A stretch of 63,972 nucleotides of DNA, filler included, from Octopus bimaculoides (GCF_001194135.2; 9 parts of 9 records of this genome joined end to end with filler, not necessarily neighbours in it); one strand, 5' to 3'. Numbered from the whole stretch's first letter, positions 38,920 through 51,410 are shown. Notes: generated by a model not told the origin, from the letters alone. Made by a program: numbers and translations.

Positions 38920-40184
38920 CTACACAAGGTACAAAATATGTAGATTAGAATAGAACCAATTATACAATTATTTGTTAAGTTTAAAAAAAAAGCTACACCA
39001 AAGTTACATTTGGACTGCCTTTACCAACATAACTATTATGCACAAACATAAGGGGAAAATGAAGGATAAAATCCAGATTGTGTTTATACTAGGATAATCA
39101 ATGACCAAATGAAATAGTTCACTTTGGAAGGAATAGATATTATAAAGACTTTGAAAAGGAAATAGTTAAAATCCAATAGATTGTAAATGTGGAACCACTA
39201 ACTAATTAGGAGTGCAGAAATGACACATGAAAATTGTTTTGGACATATTTGAATTAAAAGTAGGATTAAGAGTGCTAATATCATATCTTGCTGTCGCTTT
39301 TGCTGTGATCCAGTAGTTATTAAAAGTTTTACCAGTTGTGACAATCCTGTCTTTTTTTATGGGTTTGTAAGACTATAGTATCTAATGTGTCTTTGTCCTA
39401 TATTAAACAGAATGTGAATTTTGAGGGGAAATTTAGCTGCTATTTCTAGTAGGATGAGCAACCACGGAGAGGCTATTTCTTAATGATTCTAATAACTAGA
39501 TATTTAGTAAAATTCTGTCCTTATTCAACTGTTGTAAATCTTTGTACTGGATAAATTGTGGTTCAAGTTTATATGACTATTAATGTTTCTGAGTAAAAGT
39601 AACCTGCTTCCTATCTCTTGAATTAAATAAGTTTATTAATTTCAAATAAAAAAAGAGATGGTATTGAAATAAGGAGGGTCAGCATTGATGACAATTTCGA
39701 ATTGTCTTTGGTGAGAAATTAGAGACAAATGAATGAGGTCATTGCATATGATGGTCACTTTGAATTCTTGTAAGACTTCCAGTGGGATACAGCTCTGGTA
39801 CAAAGTGTTAAGTGTTTAGTATGGTTTAGACATTATAGATGGCAGAAATAATGGCAGGTTTATATAGCTGGTTTAGATATGTGAGCATTTGTAGTCTATG
39901 TTGTAACAACAGAGAAGAGGAGTGACCCTGAATGACTCGACATTATAGTGTTTTGGTTAGTATCTACTAGTATCCATCTACAAAGTTTACCTTTTAGGTG
40001 GATATTGCTATTATTGTTATATTTTTGGCAGGATAAGGGGCTACATTCTATAAAAACATGTGCATAATAGATGCATCATCCTAGATTTGTCCATAAAACT
40101 CAGTGGAACGTTTAGGAGATTGGAATGTTTAGGTCAGGAATTCTAAATGGTTAAAATATTTCTGTCCTTGAAAAGATGGTGAGC

Positions 40185-40390
40185 TGGTAGAGTTGTTAGC
40201 ATGCTAGGCAAAAGGCTTAGAGACATTTAGTCCATCTTTATGTTCTGAGTTCAAATTCCATCAAGGTTAACATTACCTTTCATCTTTTGGGAGGTTGATA
40301 AAATAAGTACCAGTTGAGCAGTGGGGTCGATGTAATTGACTTACCCCAACCCTTGAAAGTGATAACCTTGGGCCAAAATTTGAAAGCAAT
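40185..40390 (+). mobile_element. SINE family B, CpG-decayed
   Basis: gagctggtagagttgttagcatgctaggcaaaaggcttag..ataaaataagtaccagttgagc. Confidence 0.85.
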
Positions 40391-42016
40391 ATTTCTCTCC
40401 TTGAAAACAAAACCTAATACTTGTAATGCAAGTTTGAGAAATGTATCTTCCTGAAAGTTTATCACTACTTAGAAGACATACTGAAATGGTTTGAGTTATG
40501 TATTTTTCATGAGTGGATGTATAGCAGTTTTGTTTGTTTTCTGATGTTGATGAACGAGACTCTAGAGGCTTCACGTTAACTCCATTCATATTTGAAAACA
40601 AAATACGATTTATTTTTGACATGTTTACACATACATTAAAGAAAATAATGCACAATGCACAAGTATATTTTCCCATAAATAAACGTCAGCAATTATAGTT
40701 GAATAATATCTGTTCCATCCTATTTACATCAGAGCATGTGTGTTTGTGTACATGTGTATGAGAAAGGGAAGAGGCTGGAGTGTTGCTTAGTACTTATTTA
40801 TATTAATGTTAGTAAGAATGAACAGATATGAAATATTGCTATATTCTGATGATCATGCAATTGAATTGTCGCTATATTCAAATGATCAGGCAATTATGCA
40901 AATGAATATGGCAAGTAAAATAATTTTATTATCACTAAAATGTGCATTATATAGTGTATCTATATGCATAAATAATGTATGTCTTTAAGTGCTGGCTTCT
41001 GAATTTTGGACAGTACTGGATTTCAGTCACGTATGGTGCTATCAATATACTAATGCAGCTGATGCATGGAACCAGACACAGGAGAATTGGTCAAATGTTA
41101 TCTCAGGGTATTACTATATGTTGTGGAAAACAGAGTATAACTTATGACTGATGAAGGTGGGAAAAAATTACATTGAACTTTTTTCTCTAATTAATAATGG
41201 AGTTTTCTTTATTCTTGTTTATTTTGTATCTGCATCCGTTGACTTCATTTCCATCTTCTACTTAGAATGATAGCTTATCACTGTTCACAACACAAAAACC
41301 ACATGCAAATACATATAAACTTATTATGCCCTATTATGTGCTGTCTTGATGCCTTAAACTGCTAAGATTTCCACCATCACATCCTGAGAACCAAGCAAAG
41401 CTTTGACCAAACCAAACCAAACCAAACCAAACACACATAGATATACATATGCATATGTACCCACACATGGGGGAAAATATGTGGGCACTCACCTAATCCA
41501 CCTCAACACCTCTTACACACATATTAAGGCACACTTTTGCTGCCTCCCAACTCATAAAGATTTGAGAGGTGGACTAAGGGACATAATTTTTGCTAACTTG
41601 TCTTCTACTTCTTTGTTTCATCTTCAAAGCAACCACAAACAAGATATGACACCTCCTCACCACCAGTAACAAAGAGCAGACCTCATTTTCCCATACCTGC
41701 CATATCTGATGAGCATGATTATTAGGTTACCTAATATCCAATGTCAAACCAATTGGTAAAATTATAGATCCAATTGTTGTTTAAGCACTTAAACTTAAAC
41801 AACAAATACTCATTGTTGTTTTTCCTCCATTTTCTTATCGTTTATATATACATTAAACTACGGTTTACCTTTTAAATTATCTGCTGCCATATACCTTATA
41901 CCAAGGACCATACTTACTGAGATAATTACCAGGAGTGCCTTTAGATACATCCATCCATTAGAGGGTTCAAACACCTCTGACTTATACCTTACACAATATG
42001 TGTGTGTGTATATATA

Positions 42017-42874
42017 CAGGGTGCGATGGGTAAATTGTCGCCATTTTATATTTATAATTTCAAGTATGTGCACTGTTTGTTTTTGATTTTGTTGACCACA
42101 CAGTATAGTAGGGTCAGTTGGGCACTGTCTGTGAAGAAAACAGCACCATGACGCAATTTATTCTGTCAGAAATTTGGAGACAACATGCTGTACTGCTTGG
42201 CATTCGCACCAGAGGTTCCAATAGAAACATTTCAGAGTATTTGGGCATCAGTCTGAAGACATGTACCAAGAGTGATAAAAATCCAACATCCACTCAAAAT
42301 CATGGTGTTTGGAGTGATCACTAGTGATGGTGCTATTATGAATCCATTCATCTTTGCACACGGCCTCACACTTAACACAAAAGCCTACATCAAGTGCCTG
42401 GAGGAGGTAGTGCTGCCCTGGGACAAGAGGGTAGCTGCTGGAAGACCGTCTATCTGGCACCATGCCACACAAGCAAGAGAGCCCAGTTATGACTGTCAGA
42501 CAATTTCTGTGACCATATCACCCCTAACATCTGGTCACCTAACTCCCCAAACTGCAACCCCCTTTATCATATGTGAGGTACAGCTGAGCAAGAGACCAAC
42601 AAAACTCCTTGCAACACCAAAGATGAACTGAAAGCAAGGATTATGGCAACATTCACCAACTTAAACAAGGAGACCATCCAAAAAGAGTTGCAAGAGATTC
42701 CGAAGTCATCTGGAGGTTGTGGTTGAGGCCAATACCAATTTTATTGAATAAATTTACTCTTTAGTATTTCAAGATATTTTTATGTAATTTTGGTAAATAT
42801 ATCTGTTAAAATGAGATATCAGTGTTATTTTCATTTTTGCATAATTTAGACAACAATATATTCACTGCACCCTG
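42017..42874 (+). mobile_element. Internally deleted Tc1/mariner element, maT (DD37D)-like
   Basis: TA|CAGGGTGC...GCACCCTG|TA termini; remnants HPLKIMVFGVITSDG, YIKCLEEVVLPW, IWSPNSPNCNPL, KDELKARI..CKRFRSHLEVVVEA. Confidence 0.88.
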
Positions 42875-43164
42875 TATACACACGCCCATGTATATATAAA
42901 TATATATATGTACACAGACGTGTGGGTAGATATATGCTTGAAGATATATAGTATATTTATATGTATATAGATATAATCTATATTTTGTATAGGGGCTCTG
43001 TGGTTATGAAGTTTGCAACTATGCATTTTCAGGTCTGGTTGCATGGCACTACACCTTGGGCAAGTCTCTTCAACTATAGCCCAATCTGGTTTACAGCAAC
43101 TGAGTGGAAGCCAGTTACACACACGCACAAACATATATACATGCTCATGTGCATGCATACATAC

Positions 43165-43204
<40 letters not shown>

Positions 43205-43209
<5 letters not shown>

Positions 43210-43380
43210 TAAAAGCACCTATTAGACTCTCAGAATGGTTGGCGTTACGAAGGGCATCCAGCCATAGAAAACATGCCCAATCAGACTGGAGTCAAGTGCA
43301 GCCTTCCAGGTTGCCAGCCCTGGTCAAACCGTCCAACCCATGCCAGCATGAACAATGGACACTAAATGATGGTGATGACA
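43205..43380 (+). mobile_element. Family E repeat (RTE-type 3' UTR, (GAT)n tail)
   Basis: ggttggcgttacgaagggcatccagcc..aacccatgccagcatg..aaatgatggtgatg. Confidence 0.75.
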
Positions 43381-43389
43381 AAGGGTGAA

Positions 43390-43695
43390 GAATAAAGACT
43401 CTTTTTGGTCATGAATGCACCTAGAAAGTTACCCTCTTAGGCACAAGTTTGGGCAAGGTTGTTTATGGAAGACCAACAGATGTCCATGCATACCAGCCTC
43501 TACTCTCTACACTACCAATGTTATCCAAAGGAAAGGCAAAGGCTTAATACAGCTTGGCACCAGTGACATCGCAGCTCATTTCTACAGCTGAGTGAACTGG
43601 GGCAATGTGAAACAAAGTGTCTTGCTCAAGAACACAACACACAGCCTGGTCTGGGAATTGAACTCACTATATCATGATTGTGAGCTCAACGCTCT
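43390..43695 (-). mobile_element. tRNA-derived SINE family D
   Basis: Reverse of 48270-48585. Confidence 0.85.
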
Positions 43696-43713
43696 TCTTC
43701 TTCATTCTTAATA

Positions 43714-43765
<52 letters not shown>

Positions 43766-43865
43766 NNNNNNNNNNNNNNNNNNNNNNNNNNNNNNNNNNN
43801 NNNNNNNNNTTAATTAATTAANNNNNNNNNNNNNNNNNNNNNNNNNNNNNNNNNNNNNNNNNNNN
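43766..43865. other. Synthetic assembly join
   Basis: 44N-TTAATTAATTAA-44N. Confidence 0.95.
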
Positions 43866-44005
43866 TTGGTGTTACAAGGAGTTTTGTTGGTCTCTTGCTC
43901 AACTGCACTCATAATAATCAAGGGGGTTACAGTCTGAGGAGGAGTTAGGTGTGATGTGGTCGCAGAAATTGTCTGACAGCCATTACTGGACTCTCCCGCT
44001 TGTGC
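43866..44005 (-). mobile_element. Second fragment of the maT-like element
   Basis: Reverse complement matches about 42470-42620 (gagagtccagtaatggctgtcagacaatttctg..gagcaagagaccaacaaaactccttg). Confidence 0.85.
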
Positions 44006-44640
44006 CAGTAAAGTTTATCTCGAGCAAGTAAAGTTCCCCGGTAGCACTGCCAGGCCAGAGGTTTTTGGAAGTTATCCATCGGTCTCGGGCCGAAAGTTCT
44101 CCGGAAAATAATAAACTTGTGCGTTTTTTTCCTGTTACACGAATGAGACAGATTAAGTTGAAGGTCGTCAACGTGTCAACGGCAAGTAGCAAGTGAGTGG
44201 GTGGCAGTGGGGCGAGTAAAACAAGCGTTAATGAAAAGAAGAAGCGTTTGTCATACTGCTCTGATATTTTCCTTTTATTCTTAATTCTAGAGCAATGTAT
44301 TAAATGACACAGGAAAAAGAATTTCATATTTAATTTTATTTGACACAAGTAATTTAATCACCAGGTCGTTTCGTCAGTCGAACACCTGGAATACTGGGTC
44401 TTAAAACTAACGCACGATCCATTTACATTATATTTATTTTCAAATTATTTATTTATTTATTTTACTTATTTGTTACTTCAAGTACACTACAGTCAGTCAT
44501 TAGTCACAATGGTTTGGTATTAGAGAATCACAAGCCGACGTAAGTACTCTCTGACCCAGTGAAAAATGCAGGGCATGGCGGCCAGATGGGGTGAGGCTTG
44601 CGCCTGCACACTTTCACATTTGAAGAAACTGGTGCATTGA
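44005..44640. promoter_or_regulatory. CpG-rich unique segment, candidate promoter / first exon
   Basis: Dense CpGs next to a CpG-poor block; plus-strand donor-like sites CAA|GTGAGT (44193) and GAC|GTAAGT (about 44540). Confidence 0.35.
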
Positions 44641-44732
44641 AGACAGATGAAATACCGCTAAGCATTCCACCCGGCATCCAAACGTTTCTGCCAGCTCGCT
44701 GCCTTAATATCATAAAATATATTTTCTGCTCT

Positions 44733-44934
44733 AAGCACAAGGCCCGAAATTTTGGGTGAGGGAGCCAGTCGATTAGATCGACCACAGTACGCAACTGGTA
44801 CTTAATTTCTCGACCCCGAAAGGATGAAAGGCAAAGTTGACCTAGGCGGAATTTGAACTTAGAACGTAAAGACGAACGGAATACCGCTAAGCATTTCGCC
44901 CGGCGTGCTAACGCTTCTGCCAGCTCGCCGCCTT
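44733..44934 (-). mobile_element. SINE family B, CpG-intact
   Basis: Near-exact reverse of the 46186-46364 copy. Confidence 0.92.
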
Positions 44935-46185
44935 TATGATGAAACATCAGACAGCAATGGGACGTACATAATGTTAGATAAGATGCACCCGATGTGCATT
45001 TCGAACAGTTGTAGTGTTCGTTTGCTTCTTCTATTTCTTTTATTTACTGACANNNNNNNNNNNNNNNNNNNNNNNNNNNNNNNNNNNNNNNNNNNNNNNN
45101 NNNNNNNNNNNNNNNNNNNNNNNNNNNNNNNNNNNNNNNNNNNNNNNNNNNNNNNNNNNNNNNNNNNNNNNNNNNNNNNNNNNNNNNNNNNNNNNNNNNN
45201 NNNNNNNNNNNNNNNNNNNNNNNNNNNNNNNNNNNNNNNNNNNNNNNNNNNNNNNNNNNNNNNNNNNNNNNNNNNNNNNNNNNNNNNNNNNNNNNNNNNN
45301 NNNNNNNNNNNNNNNNNNNNNNNNNNNNNNNNNNNNNNNNNNNNNNNNNNNNNNNNNNNNNNNNNNNNNNNNNNNNNNNNNNNNNNNNNNNNNNNNNNNN
45401 NNNNNNNNNNNNNNNNNNNNNNNNNNNNNNNNNNNNNNNNNNNNNNNNNNNNNNNNNNNNNNNNNNNNNNNNNNNNNNNNNNNNNNNNNNNNNNNNNNNN
45501 NNNNNNNNNNNNNNNNNNNNNNNNNNNNNNNNNNNNNNNNNNNNNNNNNNNNNNNNNNNNNNNNNNNNNNNNNNNNNNNNNNNNNNNNNNNNNNNNNNNN
45601 NNNNNNNNNNNNNNNNNNNNNNNNNNNNNNNNNNNNNNNNNNNNNNNNNNNNNNNNNNNNNNNNNNNNNNNNNNNNNNNNNNNNNNNNNNNNNNNNNNNN
45701 NNNNNNNNNNNNNNNNNNNNNNNNNNNNNNNNNNNNNNNNNNNNNNNNNNNNNNNNNNNNNNNNNNNNNNNNNNNNNNNNNNNNNNNNNNNNNNNNNNNN
45801 NNNNNNNNNNNNNNNNNNNNNNNNNNNNNNNNNNNNNNNNNNNNNNNNNNNNNNNNNNNNNNNNNNNNNNNNNNNNNNNNNNNNNNNNNNNNNNNNNNNN
45901 NNNNNNNNNNNNNNNNNNNNNNNNNNNNNNNNNNNNNNNNNNNNNNNNNNNNNNNNNNNNNNNNNNNNNNNNNNNNNNNNNNNNNNNNNNNNNNNNNNNN
46001 NNNNNNACATTATTGAACACATACTCAATATAAGCCAAATCCTTGTTCACTGGTAGGCTGCGAATTGACGCAGTGGCGATGACACTCCCAAAGCGTTGGG
46101 GGTTAAAACGCCTGAAAGCCATAGACAGGCGAGATAACTCACCACAAATCCCACCTTATTGATGAAACAATATCAAAAGTTATTT

Positions 46186-46364
46186 AAAGCGGAGAGCTGG
46201 CAGAAACGTTAGCACGCCGAGCGAAATGCTTAGCGGTATTTCGTTCGTCTTTACGTTCTGAGTTCAAATCCCGCTGAGGTCGACTTTGCCTTTCACCCTT
46301 TCGGGGTCGATAAAATAAGTACCAGTTGAGTACTGTGGGTCGATTTAATTGACTTACCCCTTCC
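46186..46364 (+). mobile_element. SINE family B, CpG-intact
   Basis: gagctggcagaaacgttagcacgccg..gagttcaaatcccgctgaggtcgactttgcctttcaccctttcggggtcgataaaataagtaccag. Confidence 0.92.
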
Positions 46365-46399
46365 GCCTTATAACGTCTATCGAACGGGAAGTTCATTAG

Positions 46400-46530
46400 A
46401 AAAAGAAGAGATTTACTTGCTTTTGTATTCGTTTTGCAAAGGATTTTGTTTAATTCAAATCCGTGAATAAAAACCGATATTGTAGCATTTCGAGAGAGCC
46501 ATATTGTCCATAAAAATCCCACCACGCAAA
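46400..46530 (-). mobile_element. Possible L1/Tx1-type LINE C-terminal remnant
   Basis: FLWTIWLSRNATI resembles the W.IW..RN..F motif at the end of L1/Tx1 ORF2; single motif only. Confidence 0.35.
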
Positions 46531-46804
46531 TGTTGTAGCGAACTTCTGTATTGATAATCAGTCTATTAATTAATTATTGATCTGCAAACTAATCAATAAT
46601 TAATTAACTTATTGATTAACATGTGATTAGAATGTCGCAGGAAAGAATCGCAATATGGATTGTTCCAAACGAATCGATCGGTAGGAGATATAGAAGTAGA
46701 TCAAGAACGAAACGGTTGGATAATATGCGTCGTATCGTTTGCTCATGTTTGGGAATGCAGCCGGAAGTTGTAATAACGGATGCTTCTCTTAGGGCCTTCT
46801 GGAT

Positions 46805-46904
46805 NNNNNNNNNNNNNNNNNNNNNNNNNNNNNNNNNNNNNNNNNNNNTTAATTAATTAANNNNNNNNNNNNNNNNNNNNNNNNNNNNNNNNNNNNNNNN
46901 NNNN
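46805..46904. other. Synthetic assembly join
   Basis: 44N-TTAATTAATTAA-44N. Confidence 0.95.
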
Positions 46905-46935
46905 GTACAGTATTAGATTTATCTGTAGGGAAATA

Positions 46936-47329
46936 TATGGCACGGTAGAAGGCTCTTATTATTATTATTATTATCATTATTATTACTATTATTATTATTA
47001 TTATTATTATTAATATCATTATTATTACTATTATTATCATTATTATTATCATCATTATCATTATTGTTATTATTATTATTATCATTATTATTATCATCAT
47101 CATCATTATTATCATCATTATTATCATTATCATCATCATCATCATCATCATCATCATTATTATTATTATCATTATTATTATTATTATCATTATTATTATC
47201 ATCATTATCATTATTATTATCATCACCATTATCATTATTATTATTATCATTATTATTATCATCATTATCATTATTATTATCATCACCATTATCATTATTA
47301 TCATTATTATTATTATTATTATTATTATC
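46936..47329. repeat. Long (ATT/ATC)n compound microsatellite with an internal higher-order duplication of about 60 bp
   Basis: Direct inspection; the block ending in catcaccatt repeats one 60-nt line apart (47170-47290). Confidence 0.95.
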
Positions 47330-47331
47330 AA

Positions 47332-47765
47332 GGCAGCGATCTGGCTCTGGCAGAATTGTTAGCACAGCAGGCAAAATGCTTAGCGTCATTTCATCCGTCT
47401 TTAAGTTCCGATTTCAAACTCCACCAAGGTCAACTTAGCCTTTCATTCTTTCACGGTCGATAAGATAAGTACCAGTTGAGCACTTGGGTCAACGTAATCG
47501 GCTATCCCTCTCCCCCCCAAATTTCAGGCCTTGCGCCTACACCAGAAAGGACTATTATTAATATTATTTTTCCTATTGCTAAGATGGCAAGCTGGCAGAA
47601 CCGTTAACACGCCGGACAAAATGCTTAGCGGTATTTCGCCTGTCACAATGTTCTGAGTTCAAATTCCACCAAGGTCAACTTTACCTTTCAGCCTTTCAGG
47701 GTCAATAAAATAAATACCAGTTGAACATCTCTCGCAAAACTGCTGCCCTTGTGGAAAACTTTGAA
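47332..47765 (+). mobile_element. Two tandem SINE family B copies (47332-47550, 47580-47765)
   Basis: Both show the ggcagaa.c/tgttagcac..aaaatgcttagcg head and ataa..taagtaccagttga core. Confidence 0.85.
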
Positions 47766-47767
47766 AC

Positions 47768-47818
<51 letters not shown>

Positions 47819-47999
47819 CCTTTATATATATTAACCAAAATGAAGTAGATTGACAAAATTATATTTTGAACCTGTTGAAGACACACGAGATGTTTCATCT
47901 GCTCAAGGCTGATAAAATGAAGTACCAGTAAAGTACCGGGTTCAATTTAGTCGACTATATCCCACCCCCACAAATCTCAATTGATCTCTTTTGCTGGAC

Positions 48000-48200
48000 G
48001 ACTAAGTTATGGGAATGTAAACACACCAACAATGGATATCAAGTGGTAACAGGGGATAAACACAGACACACACACACAGATATATATATATAACCCAAGA
48101 CTGTAGTAGAAGACACTTGCCCAAGATTCCAGACAGTGAGACTGAACCCGAAATCTTGTGGTTGGGAAGCAAGCTTCTTACCACACAGCCATATCTGCGC
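48000..48200 (-). mobile_element. SINE family A, internally deleted
   Basis: ctaagttatgggaatgtaaacacacca..tagtagaagacacttgcccaag..cttcttaccacacagcc. Confidence 0.8.
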
Positions 48201-48233
48201 CTATATATATGTAAAGGTAAGATCCAAGGATCT

Positions 48234-48266
<33 letters not shown>

Positions 48267-48269
48267 AAA

Positions 48270-48585
48270 TTAGAGTGTTGGGCTCACAATCATGCAGTAG
48301 TGAGTTCGATTCCCAGACCAGAGTGTGTGTTGTGTTCTTGAGCAAGACACTTTATTTCATGTCGCTCCATTTCACTCAGCTGTAGAAATGAGTTGTGACG
48401 TCACAGGTGCCAAGCTGTATCAGCCCCTTTGCCTTTCCCTTGGATAGCATCAGTAGTGTGGAGAGGGGGAGACTGGTATGCATGGGCGACTGTTGGTCTT
48501 CCATAAACAACCTTTCCCGGACTTGTGCCTGGGAGGGTAACCTTCTAGGTGCAATCCCATGGTCATTCATGACCAAAGGGTGTCT
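48270..48585 (+). mobile_element. tRNA-derived SINE family D
   Basis: B box GAGTTCGATTCCC; body ccatttcactcagctgtagaaatgagttg..gtcattcatgacc. Confidence 0.88.
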
Positions 48586-48786
48586 ATGTATGTGATAAAT
48601 TGAGAGGATCGAGATATCTAGAAACAAAATTCAAATAGGAAGAGAGAGAGAGAGAGAGAGAGATAAAACAGATGCACATGCAAATCATAGCCATCATCAT
48701 CATCATCACCAGCATCATAATTAATACGGCCATCACACTCACCATCACCATCACCAGTATCATCATGAGAACCTATACAACCGTAA

Positions 48787-48824
<38 letters not shown>

Positions 48825-49597
48825 AATCAAGCTGACGGCTGTCTAACAACCAACAAAAAGCTACTACAACAACAATAATCCCCAGTTTGAAAGTCTGTGT
48901 GTCCGCCTCGCACCCCCTCCCTCCTCACATGCACACAAACAAACACAAACACACTTCTTCATCTCCTGAAAAGCTGCTAAGACAAACACAAAGAGAAACA
49001 ACATGAGACAAAAGAGAGACAAAGAGAAAGGCAAAAGAATGTCTCAAGACAACGGAATATTCTGCAAGAGTGCCAAATAATGGTAAATCGCATCGCGATA
49101 CATGTTTTTCGCAGCGATAAGTTTTTGGAGATGCTTTCCATCCCTCCACCACCATCCACCACCACCATCTCCCCCACTCCTTCCAACAATGAGATTCTTC
49201 TCCCCCACCTCACCTATCCACTTCTTCTTCTTCTTCAAGAAGACTGGAATATAATTATGGAAACTTTGTCGCCAGCAACGCCACCCCAGGAGGAAGGCAG
49301 CAGCCGAGGTTTGAAATAGAGAGGAAGGAGGGGGAGAAAGAAGAAAAAAAAAGAAGGTGGGGAGGAGGGGAGAGAGGGTCAAGTATATTTACAAAGGGTA
49401 GGGTCACAAGCAGAAAATGGCAAGAGCTGCAGACGTAGCAGCAGTAGCAGCAGCAGCAAGCATTAGTTGGACACAGAAAGAAAAGAAGATGGCGAAGAAG
49501 ATGAAGGCAAGGAAGAAGAAGAAGAAGAAGAATGGGGAGGAGGTGGGGGAGGAGGAGAACTAGGAAAAGAAGTGGTGGTGGTGGTGGTGATTGTTAC

Positions 49598-49661
<64 letters not shown>

Positions 49662-51244
49662 ATAGGAGGAGGAGGAGGAGGAGGAGGATAAACTTGCTTT
49701 TGTTTTGTTTAAAAAGAATCATTTGTGAAAGGAGTGGAGGGGTGGGTGGTACAAAAAACAACAGCAACAACAACAACAACCCAACCACAGTGTGAACAGT
49801 GGTTTTTGAGGAGTGAGGTTTGATAAGAAGAAAAAAAAAAGAGAATGAAAATGAATTAGATGCAGGAGGAAAAGGAAAAGGAAAAGGAAAAACCAGAAAA
49901 AAAAAGAATATGAATGGATAAATCAACAGAGAAACAAAAGGAAACTCCGTCGTCGGAACACGTCGGAACACACGACGACACCGACAACGACAATGGTGAT
50001 AATGATGATGGTGAGACTAATGATGATGGTGAGACTAATGATGATAATGGAAATGATAGTAAGGATGAAGATAGTGAGCTAGGGCCAAAATGGAACACAG
50101 ATTCTAAAATGCAAAAAGCCTCTCTCTCTCTTTTCNNNNNNNNNNNNNNNNNNNNNNNNNNNNNNNNNNNNNNNNNNNNNNNNNNNNNNNNNNNNNNNNN
50201 NNNNNNNNNNNNNNNNNNNNNNNNNNNNNNNNNNNNNNNNNNNNNNNNNNNNNNNNNNNNNNNNNNNNNNNNNNNNNNNNNNNNNNNNNNNNNNNNNNNN
50301 NNNNNNNNNNNNNNNNNNNNNNNNNNNNNNNNNNNNNNNNNNNNNNNNNNNNNNNNNNNNNNNNNNNNNNNNNNNNNNNNNNNNNNNNNNNNNNNNNNNN
50401 NNNNNNNNNNNNNNNNNNNNNNNNNNNNNNNNNNNNNNNNNNNNNNNNNNNNNNNNNNNNNNNNNNNNNNNNNNNNNNNNNNNNNNNNNNNNNNNNNNNN
50501 NNNNNNNNNNNNNNNNNNNNNCTCCATTTTCTTATTGCTATATAAATTTAGGGTAAAAAAAAAAAATTTTTACCCGCACCCACTTATTGCACTTGGTATA
50601 ACACTAGTGTAACAATAATTTGGTACCCTCCCTGCAGTATATTGGATATATATTATCCCTTAGTGGGTTGGATCCTCAACCCCTAACTCTCTTGGATTAT
50701 ATGTTTTGGTACAAAAAAAATCACCAAAGAAGGGAGTTTGATGACAAAGTACTATTCAGCAGACTCATTCTAGAATAGAAATTCTTGAAAAAAAAAAAAA
50801 TATCAAACAAAAAAAAAACCCCCTTTTAATTGAAGAAAGAAAACTTGTAAACTGCATCTAAAGATCCCTTAACAATAGATAACAGAGATGTTTGTCATTT
50901 ATTTGAATTTATACAACGATTAATTCATTGAATATAATCTTCCGAATAAGGATCACAAGCATACATAAGGACAAAATGATAAGAAGCTGGTAAAAATTAA
51001 CAATAAATGAAGGACACAACTACAAAAGAATCTGAATGTTTCATAAATTTGAAAAGTTGAAGCAACTGAGAAGAGATACGGACCCTAAAAAAAACCAAAC
51101 AAAGCAAATTCAGTGAAAGTTGGACAATGAACTTTACTACGGCAGGAAAAGTACGTAGAGAAGAAAGAAAAAGATTAAAAATGGACTTGACATAGTTCTT
51201 AACATAGTTCTCAGGGAAATTCAGCAAGACACACACACAGAATG

Positions 51245-51410
51245 TAACAAAGCTGGCCCTTTGAATTACAGGGACAAATCATTTTTGCCCAGCTGATTGG
51301 ACTGGAGAAATGTGAAATAGAGTGTCTTGCACAAGGACACAATGCGCCGCCGGGAATCGAAATGACAACCGCATGTTCATAGGCTGAATACCCTAACTAC
51401 TTAGCCATAT
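51245..51410 (-). mobile_element. tRNA-derived SINE 5' part
   Basis: ccagctgattggactggag..gtgtcttgc.caaggacacaatgcgccgccgggaatcgaa (reverse B box). Confidence 0.7.

Noticed and set aside
46849-47438. Poly-N/D, poly-I/M and poly-L/S ORFs
   Set aside because: Translations of an (ATT/ATC)n microsatellite.
49914-50135. D/N-rich ORF start MDKSTEKQ..
   Set aside because: Built from GAT/AAT repeats and short 11- and 18-bp duplications; runs into a gap with no splice or homology support.
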